Assembly: GCA_030765455.1 (NCBI GenBank)
Contig: JAVCCM010000111.1
Location: 5,410 to 69,409, forward strand
Direction: 5' to 3'
Source of the DNA: Candidatus Electryonea clarkiae
GTDB taxonomy: Bacteria > Electryoneota > Electryoneia > Electryoneales > Electryoneaceae
Length of the DNA stretch: 64,000 bases
Shown here: piece after piece, positions 45,919 to 54,544 of the stretch
How the letters are laid out: each line of letters starts with the position of its first letter
Position numbering within the stretch: the stretch's first letter is position 1
The notes under the pieces: generated by a model
Seen by the model: the letters and a program-made list of their open reading frames with translations, nothing else
What the model was told of the DNA's origin: nothing
Database searches by the model: none
Position numbers and translations under genes: made by a program

Positions 45919-47538
45919 TTGGAAGGTTTTGTGGATAAGCCTCAAACGTACGATGTTTTAGTGATTGGTTCCGGAATAGCGGGGCTTTCTTTCGCTCTGG
46001 AATTGGCTGATTCTTTTTCTGTTGCTGTGGTAACCAAAAAAGGTCAAGCGGACTCGGCTACGAGTTACGCACAGGGAGGAATCGCCGCCGCAATTGGTCC
46101 GGAAGATTCCATTGAGCTACATTACGAAGATACGACCTCAGCAGGAGCAGGTTTATGTAATCCCGAAGTGGTTAAGATCGTTGCTGAAGAAGGTCCGGCA
46201 AAAATCGAACAACTTATGGATTGGGGCACCAGTTTCACTCGAGGAGATAAGGGTGAGCTGGAGTTAGGCCGAGAAGGTGGGCATAGAGTTTCACGAATAG
46301 TGCATTACGCCGATTTCACCGGACGTGAAGTAGAACGAGCCCTGTTGGAACGGGTGAGGCAGCATAAGAATATCAATTTAATGGAAAACAAACTTGCTGT
46401 AGATGTAATCACTGACCGTCATCTTTCTGCCTCAAGTCGGAAGCCGTCGAAACGCTGTTACGGCGCTTATGTTTTTAATCCCGAAACCAAAAAAGTGGAC
46501 ATGATTCGTTCACGAGCTGTACTTCTTGCATCCGGTGGAATGGGGTGTGTATGGAAATATACTACTAATCCGTCAATCGCTACCGGTGATGGGGTGGCAA
46601 TATCCTGGCGCGCCGGAGCACGAATTGCTAACCTTGAGTTCATGCAATTTCATCCTACAGCATTATACAAAGCCGGCAACAAAAGTCAATTCTTCCTGAT
46701 CAGCGAAGCCGTTCGAGGTTTTGGCGCAATTCTATACAACCACCGTGAAGAACGTTTTATGAAAGGCGTGCATGAACTTGAAGAATTAGCGCCAAGAGAT
46801 GTAGTTGCACGTGCAATAGACAACGAGCTGGTAAAATGGGGGATGGGTCATGTCTGGCTTGATGTGACCAATTTGCCTGCCGATAAGGTCCGTGACAGAT
46901 TTCCTATGATCTATTCAACCTTATTAGAACAGTATAATATTGATATCACAAAAGATCCTATACCTGTAAGCCCGGCGGCACATTATCAATGCGGTGGAGT
47001 AATAACTGATCTGAATGCTCAAACAACAATTGAACGGTTATACGCCGCAGGTGAAGTCGCCCAGACTGGTTTGCATGGGGCTAATCGTCTTGCTTCAAAC
47101 TCCCTCCTTGAAGCTGTTGTGTTCGCCTCCCGGGCAGCAAGTGCAGTCAAAAAAACATTGCTGGAAAACAAGGGCGAATGTTTGCCTGATATTCCTCACT
47201 GGGATGATTCAGGCACTTATGATCCTGAAGAATGGATACTGATCTCTTATGATCGTCAGGAAATCAGGCAGCTCATGCGTTCCTATGTTGGGATTTTACG
47301 CAGCGATCACAGGCTTAAGCGGGCGGAACTCAGGCTTGAATTACTGACGAGAGAGATTGAAGATTACTGGCAAAGAACAGTAGTCAGTCCAGAGTTGGTA
47401 GAGCTTCGAAATATGGCACAAGTCGCCAAACTGGTTGTCCATTGTGCCATGATGAGGAAGGAAAGCCGGGGATTACATTACACCACAGATTACCCCGATC
47501 GGGATGATATCTTTGGAGCACGAGACACTATAATCTAA
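45919..47538 (+). CDS. nadB: L-aspartate oxidase
   Basis: FAD fold DVLVIGSGIAGL, plus ..YAQGGIAA.., ..HPT.., ..GG...D......L.A.GE.A.TGLHGANRLASNSLLE.. and the C-terminal MRKESRGLHY. Confidence 0.9.
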   Translation: MEGFVDKPQTYDVLVIGSGIAGLSFALELADSFSVAVVTKKGQADSATSYAQGGIAAAIGPEDSIELHYEDTTSAGAGLCNPEVVKIVAEEGPAKIEQLMDWGTSFTRGDKGELELGREGGHRVSRIVHYADFTGREVERALLERVRQHKNINLMENKLAVDVITDRHLSASSRKPSKRCYGAYVFNPETKKVDMIRSRAVLLASGGMGCVWKYTTNPSIATGDGVAISWRAGARIANLEFMQFHPTALYKAGNKSQFFLISEAVRGFGAILYNHREERFMKGVHELEELAPRDVVARAIDNELVKWGMGHVWLDVTNLPADKVRDRFPMIYSTLLEQYNIDITKDPIPVSPAAHYQCGGVITDLNAQTTIERLYAAGEVAQTGLHGANRLASNSLLEAVVFASRAASAVKKTLLENKGECLPDIPHWDDSGTYDPEEWILISYDRQEIRQLMRSYVGILRSDHRLKRAELRLELLTREIEDYWQRTVVSPELVELRNMAQVAKLVVHCAMMRKESRGLHYTTDYPDRDDIFGARDTII

Positions 47539-47729
47539 TTTTTTGCACCCTTTTGTCTCCTTATGAATCTAAAGGTAAAATTATCACAATCTCATGCAAT
47601 CTTGAAAATTGTTGACATTAGTGCGCCCAAGATTGTTGCTTTTATCAGGGAACATATTGTGAATAATTTACTAAACATGTAATAATTTGAACTGAACCAT
47701 TCTGTATCATTAGGATCAAAAGGAGAGGC

Positions 47730-49925
47730 ATGTCGGTCAGGATAAAAAGAAGAAGTTTTATCAAGATTGCCGGAATGGCAGCAGCAGGAGCCGGAGTAGC
47801 CACCGGTATCGGGGGAAAGATTCTCGAAGCGGCAGTCAGAAATACCACCGGGAGTGATAAAATAAAATCCGTTGCAACCTTCTGCGAACTCTGTTTCTGG
47901 AAATGTGGAATGATTGCCAAGGTTCAAAACGGAAGAATTATAAAACTGGAAGGTAATCCGAAGCATCCCCTCTCGAACGGTATGCTGTGCCCCCGTGGCA
48001 ATGGAGCGACCGGTTTGACCTATGATCCTGACCGAATCAAAACACCTTTGATGCGTGTAAATAAACGCGGCGGAGACGAATTCCGCGAGGCATCATGGGA
48101 TGAAGCCCTTGATTATATAACTGAAAATATGCTGAATATCAAGGAAAAGCATGGTCCGGATTGTCTTGCTCTTTTCAATCACGGATATGGTGCCTCTTTT
48201 ATCAAACACCTTTTAAAAGCCTACGGCACCCATAACGTTGCAGCCCCATCCTATGCACAATGCCGTGGTCCTCGTGAAGTAGGGTTTGAGTTGACCTTCG
48301 GCGAGGGAATCGGATCCCCAGAACGTACAGATATTGCTAATACTCGAATGCTTGTCCTTATAGGTTCTCATCTCGGTGAGAATATGCATAACACCCAGGT
48401 TCAGGAATTCGCAGAGGCTATTGGTAATGGTGCGAAGATAGTTGTTGTCGATCCGCGATATTCTACGGCTGCCGGAAAAGCTGACTGGTATCTGCCGATT
48501 AAACCAGGTACTGATCTCGCTCTCTTGCTGGCATGGATTCATGTAATAATAAACGAAGAACTTTATGATAAAGAATATATCAATAATTATGCTTATGGTT
48601 TCGAGCAGTTAAAGGCACATGTCCAGGACTACTCACCTGAGCAGGCATGGATAATCACCGGAATCAAGCCGGAGTTGATCAGGGCTACAGCACGGGAAAT
48701 GGGTCATCAGAAACCTGCGGTACTGGTTCACCCCGGAAGACATGTTACCTGGTACGGCGATGATACTCAACGCACCAGGGCAATAGCAATTTTATCAGCT
48801 TTATTAGGTTCATGGGGTAGAAAAGGCGGATATTTTTACGGTTCAAGTGTGGATGTACCCAAGGTACATTCACCTAAATATCCCAAGCCCACTCGAACAC
48901 GTGCTGACCTCCAGTTAAAAGATTACCCATTAGCCAGCAGCACTCTTGCTTCCGGTCTTTGCGAAGCGACCTTTGCCGCACCGCAAGCTGCATGTGATCT
49001 GAAAGGCTGGTTTATTTATGGCACCAACCTGATATGGAGCCTGCCCAAACCGGAACAGACTATTGCTGCCCTGCAGAAACTTGAATTTGTGGCGGTTTCC
49101 GAGGTGCTCCCGGCAGAAATCGCCGGATGGGCTGATGTTATCCTTCCTGATGCCACTTTCCTTGAAAGGTACGATGATCTGCACATGCCGACCTGGAGAG
49201 ATCCTTTTATCTCATTACGTCAACCTGTAATTGAGCCGATGTATGATTCGCGTCCGCCCTGGTGGGTAGCGAAACAATTAGCGAAAAGACTTAGTCTCGA
49301 TGAATACTTCCCCTGGGATACCATTGAGGATTACTTCCACAAGAGGTTGGATCCCATTGGAGTCGATTGGGAAAAATTGAAAAAAGATGGTGTAGCAGTC
49401 TATCCTGATGAGCCTTTGTATTTCAAAGATGGCGTTATTCCTGAGTTTGGGACAGATACCGGGAAGATTGAGCTGTATTCAACCTCCCTGGCGTCCTATG
49501 GACATGATCCTTTACCCAAATGGACAGATCACGGGAATCCACCTGAAGGTTATTACCGTCTTCTCTTTGGACGACAACCGCATCATACTTTCGGACGTAC
49601 TACAAATAACCGCGTTTTAAATCGCGTCAAGGACGAGAACGAAATCTGGGTTAATCGTCATGTCGCGGCGGAATGGGGACTTATGCATGGCAAAGAAGTT
49701 ATCCTTAAAAATCAGGACGGAGTCGTATCGACGCCGGTGAAAGTAAAAGTAACAGAGAGGATAAGAAATGATTGCGTCTTTATTGCACATGGTTTCGGTC
49801 ATACTGCAAGAGGGTTGAGTAATAAAAAAGGCGCATCCGATTCGTTCCTGGTAACCCGGTATAAAACTGACCCAATTATGGGCGGTACCGGGATGAATGT
49901 CAATTTTGTCACTTTTGTTGTATAA
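47730..49925 (+). CDS. Tat-exported molybdopterin (bis-MGD) oxidoreductase catalytic subunit, PsrA/PhsA-like
   Basis: Twin-arginine signal KRRSFIKIAGMAAAGAGVA. FS0 cluster motif C-x2-C-x3-C-x27-C (CELCFWKCG...MLCPRG). At 731 aa the size fits polysulfide/thiosulfate reductase-type enzymes. Followed by 4Fe-4S and NrfD-type subunits. Confidence 0.85.
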   Translation: MSVRIKRRSFIKIAGMAAAGAGVATGIGGKILEAAVRNTTGSDKIKSVATFCELCFWKCGMIAKVQNGRIIKLEGNPKHPLSNGMLCPRGNGATGLTYDPDRIKTPLMRVNKRGGDEFREASWDEALDYITENMLNIKEKHGPDCLALFNHGYGASFIKHLLKAYGTHNVAAPSYAQCRGPREVGFELTFGEGIGSPERTDIANTRMLVLIGSHLGENMHNTQVQEFAEAIGNGAKIVVVDPRYSTAAGKADWYLPIKPGTDLALLLAWIHVIINEELYDKEYINNYAYGFEQLKAHVQDYSPEQAWIITGIKPELIRATAREMGHQKPAVLVHPGRHVTWYGDDTQRTRAIAILSALLGSWGRKGGYFYGSSVDVPKVHSPKYPKPTRTRADLQLKDYPLASSTLASGLCEATFAAPQAACDLKGWFIYGTNLIWSLPKPEQTIAALQKLEFVAVSEVLPAEIAGWADVILPDATFLERYDDLHMPTWRDPFISLRQPVIEPMYDSRPPWWVAKQLAKRLSLDEYFPWDTIEDYFHKRLDPIGVDWEKLKKDGVAVYPDEPLYFKDGVIPEFGTDTGKIELYSTSLASYGHDPLPKWTDHGNPPEGYYRLLFGRQPHHTFGRTTNNRVLNRVKDENEIWVNRHVAAEWGLMHGKEVILKNQDGVVSTPVKVKVTERIRNDCVFIAHGFGHTARGLSNKKGASDSFLVTRYKTDPIMGGTGMNVNFVTFVV

Positions 49926-49946
49926 AACGGATTACAAGGATAGATA

Positions 49947-50486
49947 ATGGCTCGTTACGCAATGGTCATAGATACAAAAAGATGCGTTGGCTGTCATGCC
50001 TGCGTCATCACCTGCTACATGGAAAACAATGTACCTGAAGGTTTCACACGTGACTGGATCGTTGAAGTCGTTGAAGGTGAATTTCCTGATCTCAGGAGCG
50101 AAATCCGTACTGAAAGATGTAATCATTGCGAAAACCCACCCTGTGTTTTTGTTTGTCCTTGCGGTGCATCGTATAAGGATAAGGATACAGGAATTGTCCT
50201 TGTGCATCATGATAAGTGTTCCGGCTGTAAAGCTTGCATTGCTGCTTGTCCCTATGATGCGCGTTTCATAAATCCAATCGGTTATGCCGATAAATGCACT
50301 TTTTGCGACCACAGGGTCAAATTAGGCAAAACTACGGCTTGTGCGCAGACTTGTCCTACATCTGCAATCAATTTCGGGAATCTTGATGACCCCGCAAGCA
50401 AACTACACAAGCTGATGAACGGCAGGATTGTAAAAACAATGAAACCTGAAGCCGGAACAGGACCGAATATTTTTTATTTGTTGTAG
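49947..50486 (+). CDS. 4Fe-4S ferredoxin-type electron-transfer subunit (PsrB/NrfC/DmsB family)
   Basis: Four Cys clusters: CVGCHACVITC, CNHCENPPCVFVCP, CSGCKACIAACP and CTFC...CAQTCP. Confidence 0.9.
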   Translation: MARYAMVIDTKRCVGCHACVITCYMENNVPEGFTRDWIVEVVEGEFPDLRSEIRTERCNHCENPPCVFVCPCGASYKDKDTGIVLVHHDKCSGCKACIAACPYDARFINPIGYADKCTFCDHRVKLGKTTACAQTCPTSAINFGNLDDPASKLHKLMNGRIVKTMKPEAGTGPNIFYLL

Positions 50487-50492
50487 TTGATA

Positions 50493-50579
50493 GTCATTCT
50501 GAACGAAGTGAAGAATCTCAAGCAATGAATCTACATTCTTTCAGATAAAACAGAGATTCTTCACTTCGTTCAGAATGAC
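50493..50579. repeat. perfect 27-bp inverted repeat (long hairpin) between the 4Fe-4S and NrfD-type genes
   Basis: GTCATTCTGAACGAAGTGAAGAATCTC (50493-50519) and GAGATTCTTCACTTCGTTCAGAATGAC (50553-50579) are exact reverse complements separated by 33 nt. Confidence 0.9.
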
Positions 50580-50620
50580 ACGCAGTTTAACAGCTATGTT
50601 TTTTTTATGGAGAAGTAAGG

Positions 50621-51577
50621 ATGACGGAAGTAACCAGTTTTAGAAATAATCCTTTAATCGATCCTCATCTTGAAATCTGGGAATGGCAGATTCCGGGATA
50701 TCTGTTCCTCGGGGGACTGGTAGCCGGATTGATGATTCTAAATGGCGTCTGGCGGCTATTTTACAGCGACAAAGAGGGGAGATCAATTACAAGAAACGGT
50801 GCGGTTGCGGCTCCAGTTTTGCTCTCGCTCGGGATGTTTCTACTATTTCTTGATCTGTCATATAAAATCCATGTCTTCCGTTTTTATACGACTTTTAACC
50901 CGGCATCGCCAATGTCATGGGGATCCTGGATATTACTCCTTGTTTATCCTGTACAGATTCTGACGCTGGCACTACCCGGCGGTATTGAGAGATTTGGATG
51001 GAGGTTTTCTTTTCTAAATCCATTGTGGGATAAAATCAAGATCTATGCAGAACGATACAACGTTGCTGTTTCAACTTCTAATATAGTGCTGGGAATAGGG
51101 CTCGGTATCTATACCGGGATTTTACTTGCAGTCAATGCGGCAAGACCACTTTGGAACGTGTCACTCCTGGGGCCGTTGTTTCTTGTCAGCGGATTATCCG
51201 CTGCCAGCGCCTGGAATTTACTGGCTCGCCCGAATGATGCAGAAAAAAAATTACTTGTAAGATGGGATATCGGGCTGTTAGGAATAGAGCTAATCTTCCT
51301 GATGTTAATTATAATCGAACTCTCTACCGGACCGATAGGAAAACAGGCAGCCGCCGGACTTTTCCTTGGTGGGAATTACACTGCATCTTTCTGGGTTTTT
51401 ATTGTCGGACTGGGAATATTATTACCTCTCTGGCTGGAAATTCGTGAAGCTATTGGTCGGTATGTTCCGCATTGGCTTGGTCCTCTACTGGTTCTCGGTG
51501 GAGGTCTCGCATTAAGGATTGTTTTCGTCTATGCCGGACAGATCAGCAGTATGCCGGAGATAACTCTCTTTCGCTGA
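50621..51577 (+). CDS. NrfD/PsrC-family polytopic membrane (quinol-interacting) subunit
   Basis: 318 aa with about 8 TM segments, in the position and of the size of PsrC/NrfD after the Mo and FeS subunits. Confidence 0.85.
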   Translation: MTEVTSFRNNPLIDPHLEIWEWQIPGYLFLGGLVAGLMILNGVWRLFYSDKEGRSITRNGAVAAPVLLSLGMFLLFLDLSYKIHVFRFYTTFNPASPMSWGSWILLLVYPVQILTLALPGGIERFGWRFSFLNPLWDKIKIYAERYNVAVSTSNIVLGIGLGIYTGILLAVNAARPLWNVSLLGPLFLVSGLSAASAWNLLARPNDAEKKLLVRWDIGLLGIELIFLMLIIIELSTGPIGKQAAAGLFLGGNYTASFWVFIVGLGILLPLWLEIREAIGRYVPHWLGPLLVLGGGLALRIVFVYAGQISSMPEITLFR

Positions 51578-51620
51578 GTAGTTCATTTTTAAGTAGTTCA
51601 CTTTCGCCGAAAGTGAATTA
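51576..51620. repeat. REP-like element, family 2 (third unit)
   Basis: AAGTAGTTCACTTTCGCCGAAAGTGAA contains the palindrome at 51597-51617. It is preceded by the degenerate half-copy GAGTAGTTCATTTTT and starts at the psrC-like stop codon. Confidence 0.75.
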
Positions 51621-51664
51621 TTAGTATTCGTAATACATTAATTTTTTTAACTTGAGATTTCAAC

Positions 51665-52186
51665 ATGGAAAAAACTAAAGCACAACCTTACTGGCAGCCT
51701 TATTACGCAGGACTTGGACTGGGATTGGTGCTGCTGTTATCCTATATGCTTCTGGGGCAGGGGCTGGGAGGATCAGGCGCTTTTGCACGTCTCCTCTATT
51801 CTATTATGCATTCCGTAGCACCCGGACATGTCGAAGGTAATCCATACATGGCAAAGTATTTTGCCGACGGCGCTAATCCACTTAACAACGCACTTGTTTT
51901 TCTTGTCATAGGTGTTTTCACCGGCGGTCTAATAAGTGGTCTGTTAGCTGGACGAGTCAGGAAGACTGTGGAAAAAGGACCGAATATTTCTGTCAAAGGA
52001 CGCTTCATTTTTGCTTTTGCCGGTGGAACATTGATGGGATTTGCGGCTCGCCTTGCGCGCGGTTGCACTTCAGGTCAGGCGCTATCAGGAGGTGCGACTT
52101 TGGCTCTTGGTAGCTGGGCATTTATGTTCGCAGTTTTTGCAGGCGGATTCGCCGCCGCCTGGTTTGTAAGGAGACAGTGGCTATGA
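51665..52186 (+). CDS. YeeE/YedE-family sulfur-compound transporter, half-size protein 1
   Basis: 173 aa with 4 TM segments and the conserved ARLARGCTSGQALSGG motif. Confidence 0.8.
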   Translation: MEKTKAQPYWQPYYAGLGLGLVLLLSYMLLGQGLGGSGAFARLLYSIMHSVAPGHVEGNPYMAKYFADGANPLNNALVFLVIGVFTGGLISGLLAGRVRKTVEKGPNISVKGRFIFAFAGGTLMGFAARLARGCTSGQALSGGATLALGSWAFMFAVFAGGFAAAWFVRRQWL

Positions 52187-52779
52187 AATTCCCGGTAAGT
52201 TATTATGCAGAGTGGACGCCATATTTTGGATTACTCATAGCATGGATAATAGGTATAGGATTTGGATTCTTTCTTGAACGCGGCGGATTTGGTAATGCGC
52301 GAAAGCTGGCAGCGCAATTCTACTTCAAGGACTTTGCAGTACTCAAAGTGATGTTCACTGCAATTGTTGTTGCGGGGCTTGGTTTCTGGGGTTTAGTTCT
52401 CCTGGGATTGCTTGATCTTAGTGCTACCTATATCAACCTCACCTTTCTTGGAGCACAGGTAATCGGGGGTTTGATTCTCGGGGTTGGTTTCGTTATTGGA
52501 GGATATTGTCCAGGTACGTCATGTGTTGCGGTTTCCACCGGAAAATTGGATGCACTGGTTTACCTGGCTGGAATCCTGTTTGGAATATTTGTGTACAGCG
52601 AATTTGCACCAATTCTCGACAAACTCCATAATTCCGGTTCGATGGGTGAAGTCTATGTCTGGCAATGGCTGCATGTGTCGCCCGGTGTTGCGATGATCCT
52701 GGCAGTATTAATGGCGGTTGGAGCGTTTACCGCAGCTACTATAGTCGAAAGAAAAAAGAAATCTATAGTTCAACCGTAA
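52183..52779 (+). CDS. YeeE/YedE-family sulfur-compound transporter, half-size protein 2
   Basis: Contains the motif GGYCPGTSCVA. The ATG at 52183 overlaps the upstream stop (ATGA), with AAGGAG 9 nt upstream. The ORF-track GTG at 52177 is less likely. Confidence 0.8.
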   Translation: MKFPVSYYAEWTPYFGLLIAWIIGIGFGFFLERGGFGNARKLAAQFYFKDFAVLKVMFTAIVVAGLGFWGLVLLGLLDLSATYINLTFLGAQVIGGLILGVGFVIGGYCPGTSCVAVSTGKLDALVYLAGILFGIFVYSEFAPILDKLHNSGSMGEVYVWQWLHVSPGVAMILAVLMAVGAFTAATIVERKKKSIVQP

Positions 52780-52854
52780 TGTAGATCTAAATCAAATCTC
52801 TACTGTACGCTGCAAGATAAATATTAAAGTAGCAATTTAAGGAGTTTATTCAGA

Positions 52855-53475
52855 ATGAAAACAAAGATATTTCCCAAACTCGGAGCAGCATTATTGATTC
52901 TGACAGCTTTCGTGCTCGCCTTGATGGGCAGTCCGACCAGCCAGATGCCCCTGAAAGTTACAGAAGAAATAGGCGACCTGATAATTCAAGGGGAGGATTA
53001 TATTTCCCCTGGTGATCTCTCAGAAAAAATTATTGTTGAAGAACCGGGTTTATTCATTGCTGACGTAAGACCGGCGGAATTATATGTCACTTCACCAATG
53101 GCAAATTCAGTAAATATTCCATTGCAGACCTTATTGTCTCGTGAGGGACTTGAGGAAATCCCTGCAACAGGACAAATAGTGCTTGTTTGTGGTAATGGAA
53201 ACCGTTCGAGCCAGGCATGGGTGGTATTGCGCAGCCTTGGTTATGAAGCATACATCCTCGAAGGTGGAATGAATGCCTGGGTCGGGATGCTTGAGGGTGA
53301 CGGTCTGGAAGATAAAACACATTATACAGCACGCCTCCAGGCATTACGGCAACGTTTCCTCGGAGATAGCGCCGGTATATCAGTTGCGCCATCGACTACA
53401 TCAGTAGAAACCACAACTCCCACGATGCCTAAGGTAAAAAAGAAGAAAAAGAAAAAAGCTGCCGGTGGGTGTTAA
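52855..53475 (+). CDS. membrane-anchored/exported rhodanese-domain sulfurtransferase with poly-Lys C-terminus
   Basis: N-terminal hydrophobic anchor KLGAALLILTAFVLALMG. Rhodanese active-site loop VLVCGNGNRSSQAW and ..ILEGGMNAW. The C-terminus is PKVKKKKKKKAAGGC. Confidence 0.8.
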   Translation: MKTKIFPKLGAALLILTAFVLALMGSPTSQMPLKVTEEIGDLIIQGEDYISPGDLSEKIIVEEPGLFIADVRPAELYVTSPMANSVNIPLQTLLSREGLEEIPATGQIVLVCGNGNRSSQAWVVLRSLGYEAYILEGGMNAWVGMLEGDGLEDKTHYTARLQALRQRFLGDSAGISVAPSTTSVETTTPTMPKVKKKKKKKAAGGC

Positions 53476-53528
53476 TGCAAGATTCGTAGTAATCACAGAA
53501 AAATTATTCAGGGATAAGCCCTTAGTAT

Positions 53529-53556
53529 AATTCCTAATTCCTAATTCCTAATTCGT
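53529..53556. repeat. tandem heptamer repeat AATTCCT x3 + AATTCGT
   Basis: AATTCCT AATTCCT AATTCCT AATTCGT. It overlaps the stop and last about 7 codons (..ELGIRN*) of the minus-strand acyltransferase ORF. Related to 42023-42050. Confidence 0.7.
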
Positions 53557-54448
53557 ATGCCGGCCTGGTTTTCCATCGTTTATGGAGCCATAGATATTGG
53601 TCGGGATGTTTTCGTACTTCCTGCTCTATCATTTCTACCAACCTGCAGGTCAGATCGTAAATATCCTTATCACGATCCCCGGATGGCGTGAAATCCACAA
53701 TTTCGAATTTACACTTGATGCGACCATCATCAAGACGATAAGAAGTTAAGACTGCAACCGGAGTTTGCAGCTTCAAGGCAAACACCGCGACTCCTCGAAA
53801 AGTGCTTGCCAAACGCCCGAAAAAGGGAACGAATTCTCCGCGCGAACGGGCATCCTGATCGATCATCATGGCGATCAGCCGGTTATTCTTCAGTGCGCTG
53901 ATGATTCCCCTGGTTGCCTCAGACCGCAGGACAATCTCTACCCCAATCGAACGACGGATATCATCAACATATTTACCAACAGCTGGATTCGTTTGTTCAG
54001 CTACGACATAAGAGGCGGAAAAACCATTGTTCGCCGCCCATGCACCCTGGTACTCCCAGCATCCCAAATGCGCTGCCGCAACGAGGCATCCTTTTCCTCT
54101 ATCCAGGACTTCTTTCAAGATTTCCACATCGTCAAAAATTACCCATTTATTAAGTTCATCGCCTTTCATTGCCGGGATTCGGGCAGTTTCCGCCACAACT
54201 GTCACCATGTGGCAATAAGCTTTGCGGACAGTTTTATTGACCCATTTGTCGTCTTTCTCCGGGAATGATGCAGCCAGTTGTTCCCGCGCGACTTCCTTTC
54301 GGATTCCAGTTATATCATGGAGCAATCCGCCGAGGAAAGAGCCAAGCGCCTGTGCTTTGCGGTGGGGCAGGGTACGGAACACACCGGCAATCCCTTTTAC
54401 GAGCGCCAGTTCAAAATGTTGGGCTATTGATGCTTTTTGGGGAGGCAT
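53534..54448 (-). CDS. lipid A biosynthesis lauroyl/myristoyl acyltransferase family (LpxL/HtrB-like)
   Basis: 304 aa. The AAHLGCWEY block corresponds to the H(x4)E-type motif HFGNWE of LpxL-family enzymes, and ..MMIDQD.....G.FVPFFG... is also typical. Confidence 0.75.
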   Translation of the reverse strand: MPPQKASIAQHFELALVKGIAGVFRTLPHRKAQALGSFLGGLLHDITGIRKEVAREQLAASFPEKDDKWVNKTVRKAYCHMVTVVAETARIPAMKGDELNKWVIFDDVEILKEVLDRGKGCLVAAAHLGCWEYQGAWAANNGFSASYVVAEQTNPAVGKYVDDIRRSIGVEIVLRSEATRGIISALKNNRLIAMMIDQDARSRGEFVPFFGRLASTFRGVAVFALKLQTPVAVLTSYRLDDGRIKCKFEIVDFTPSGDRDKDIYDLTCRLVEMIEQEVRKHPDQYLWLHKRWKTRPAYELGIRN

Positions 54449-54474
54449 ATTGATATGGGCATTAATAAGATCTG

Positions 54475-54520
54475 GAAATAAACAAAATCAATCCCGACCC
54501 GGTTATGGCAGGGTCGGGAT
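54475..54520 (-). terminator. rho-independent terminator after the M16 peptidase pair
   Basis: Minus-strand read is ATCCCGACCC-tgccataacc-GGGTCGGGAT followed by tgATTTTGTTTATTT. Perfect 10-bp stem (54491-54500/54511-54520). Confidence 0.65.
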
Positions 54521-54544
54521 TGAATAATACACGTTGTGGAATCT

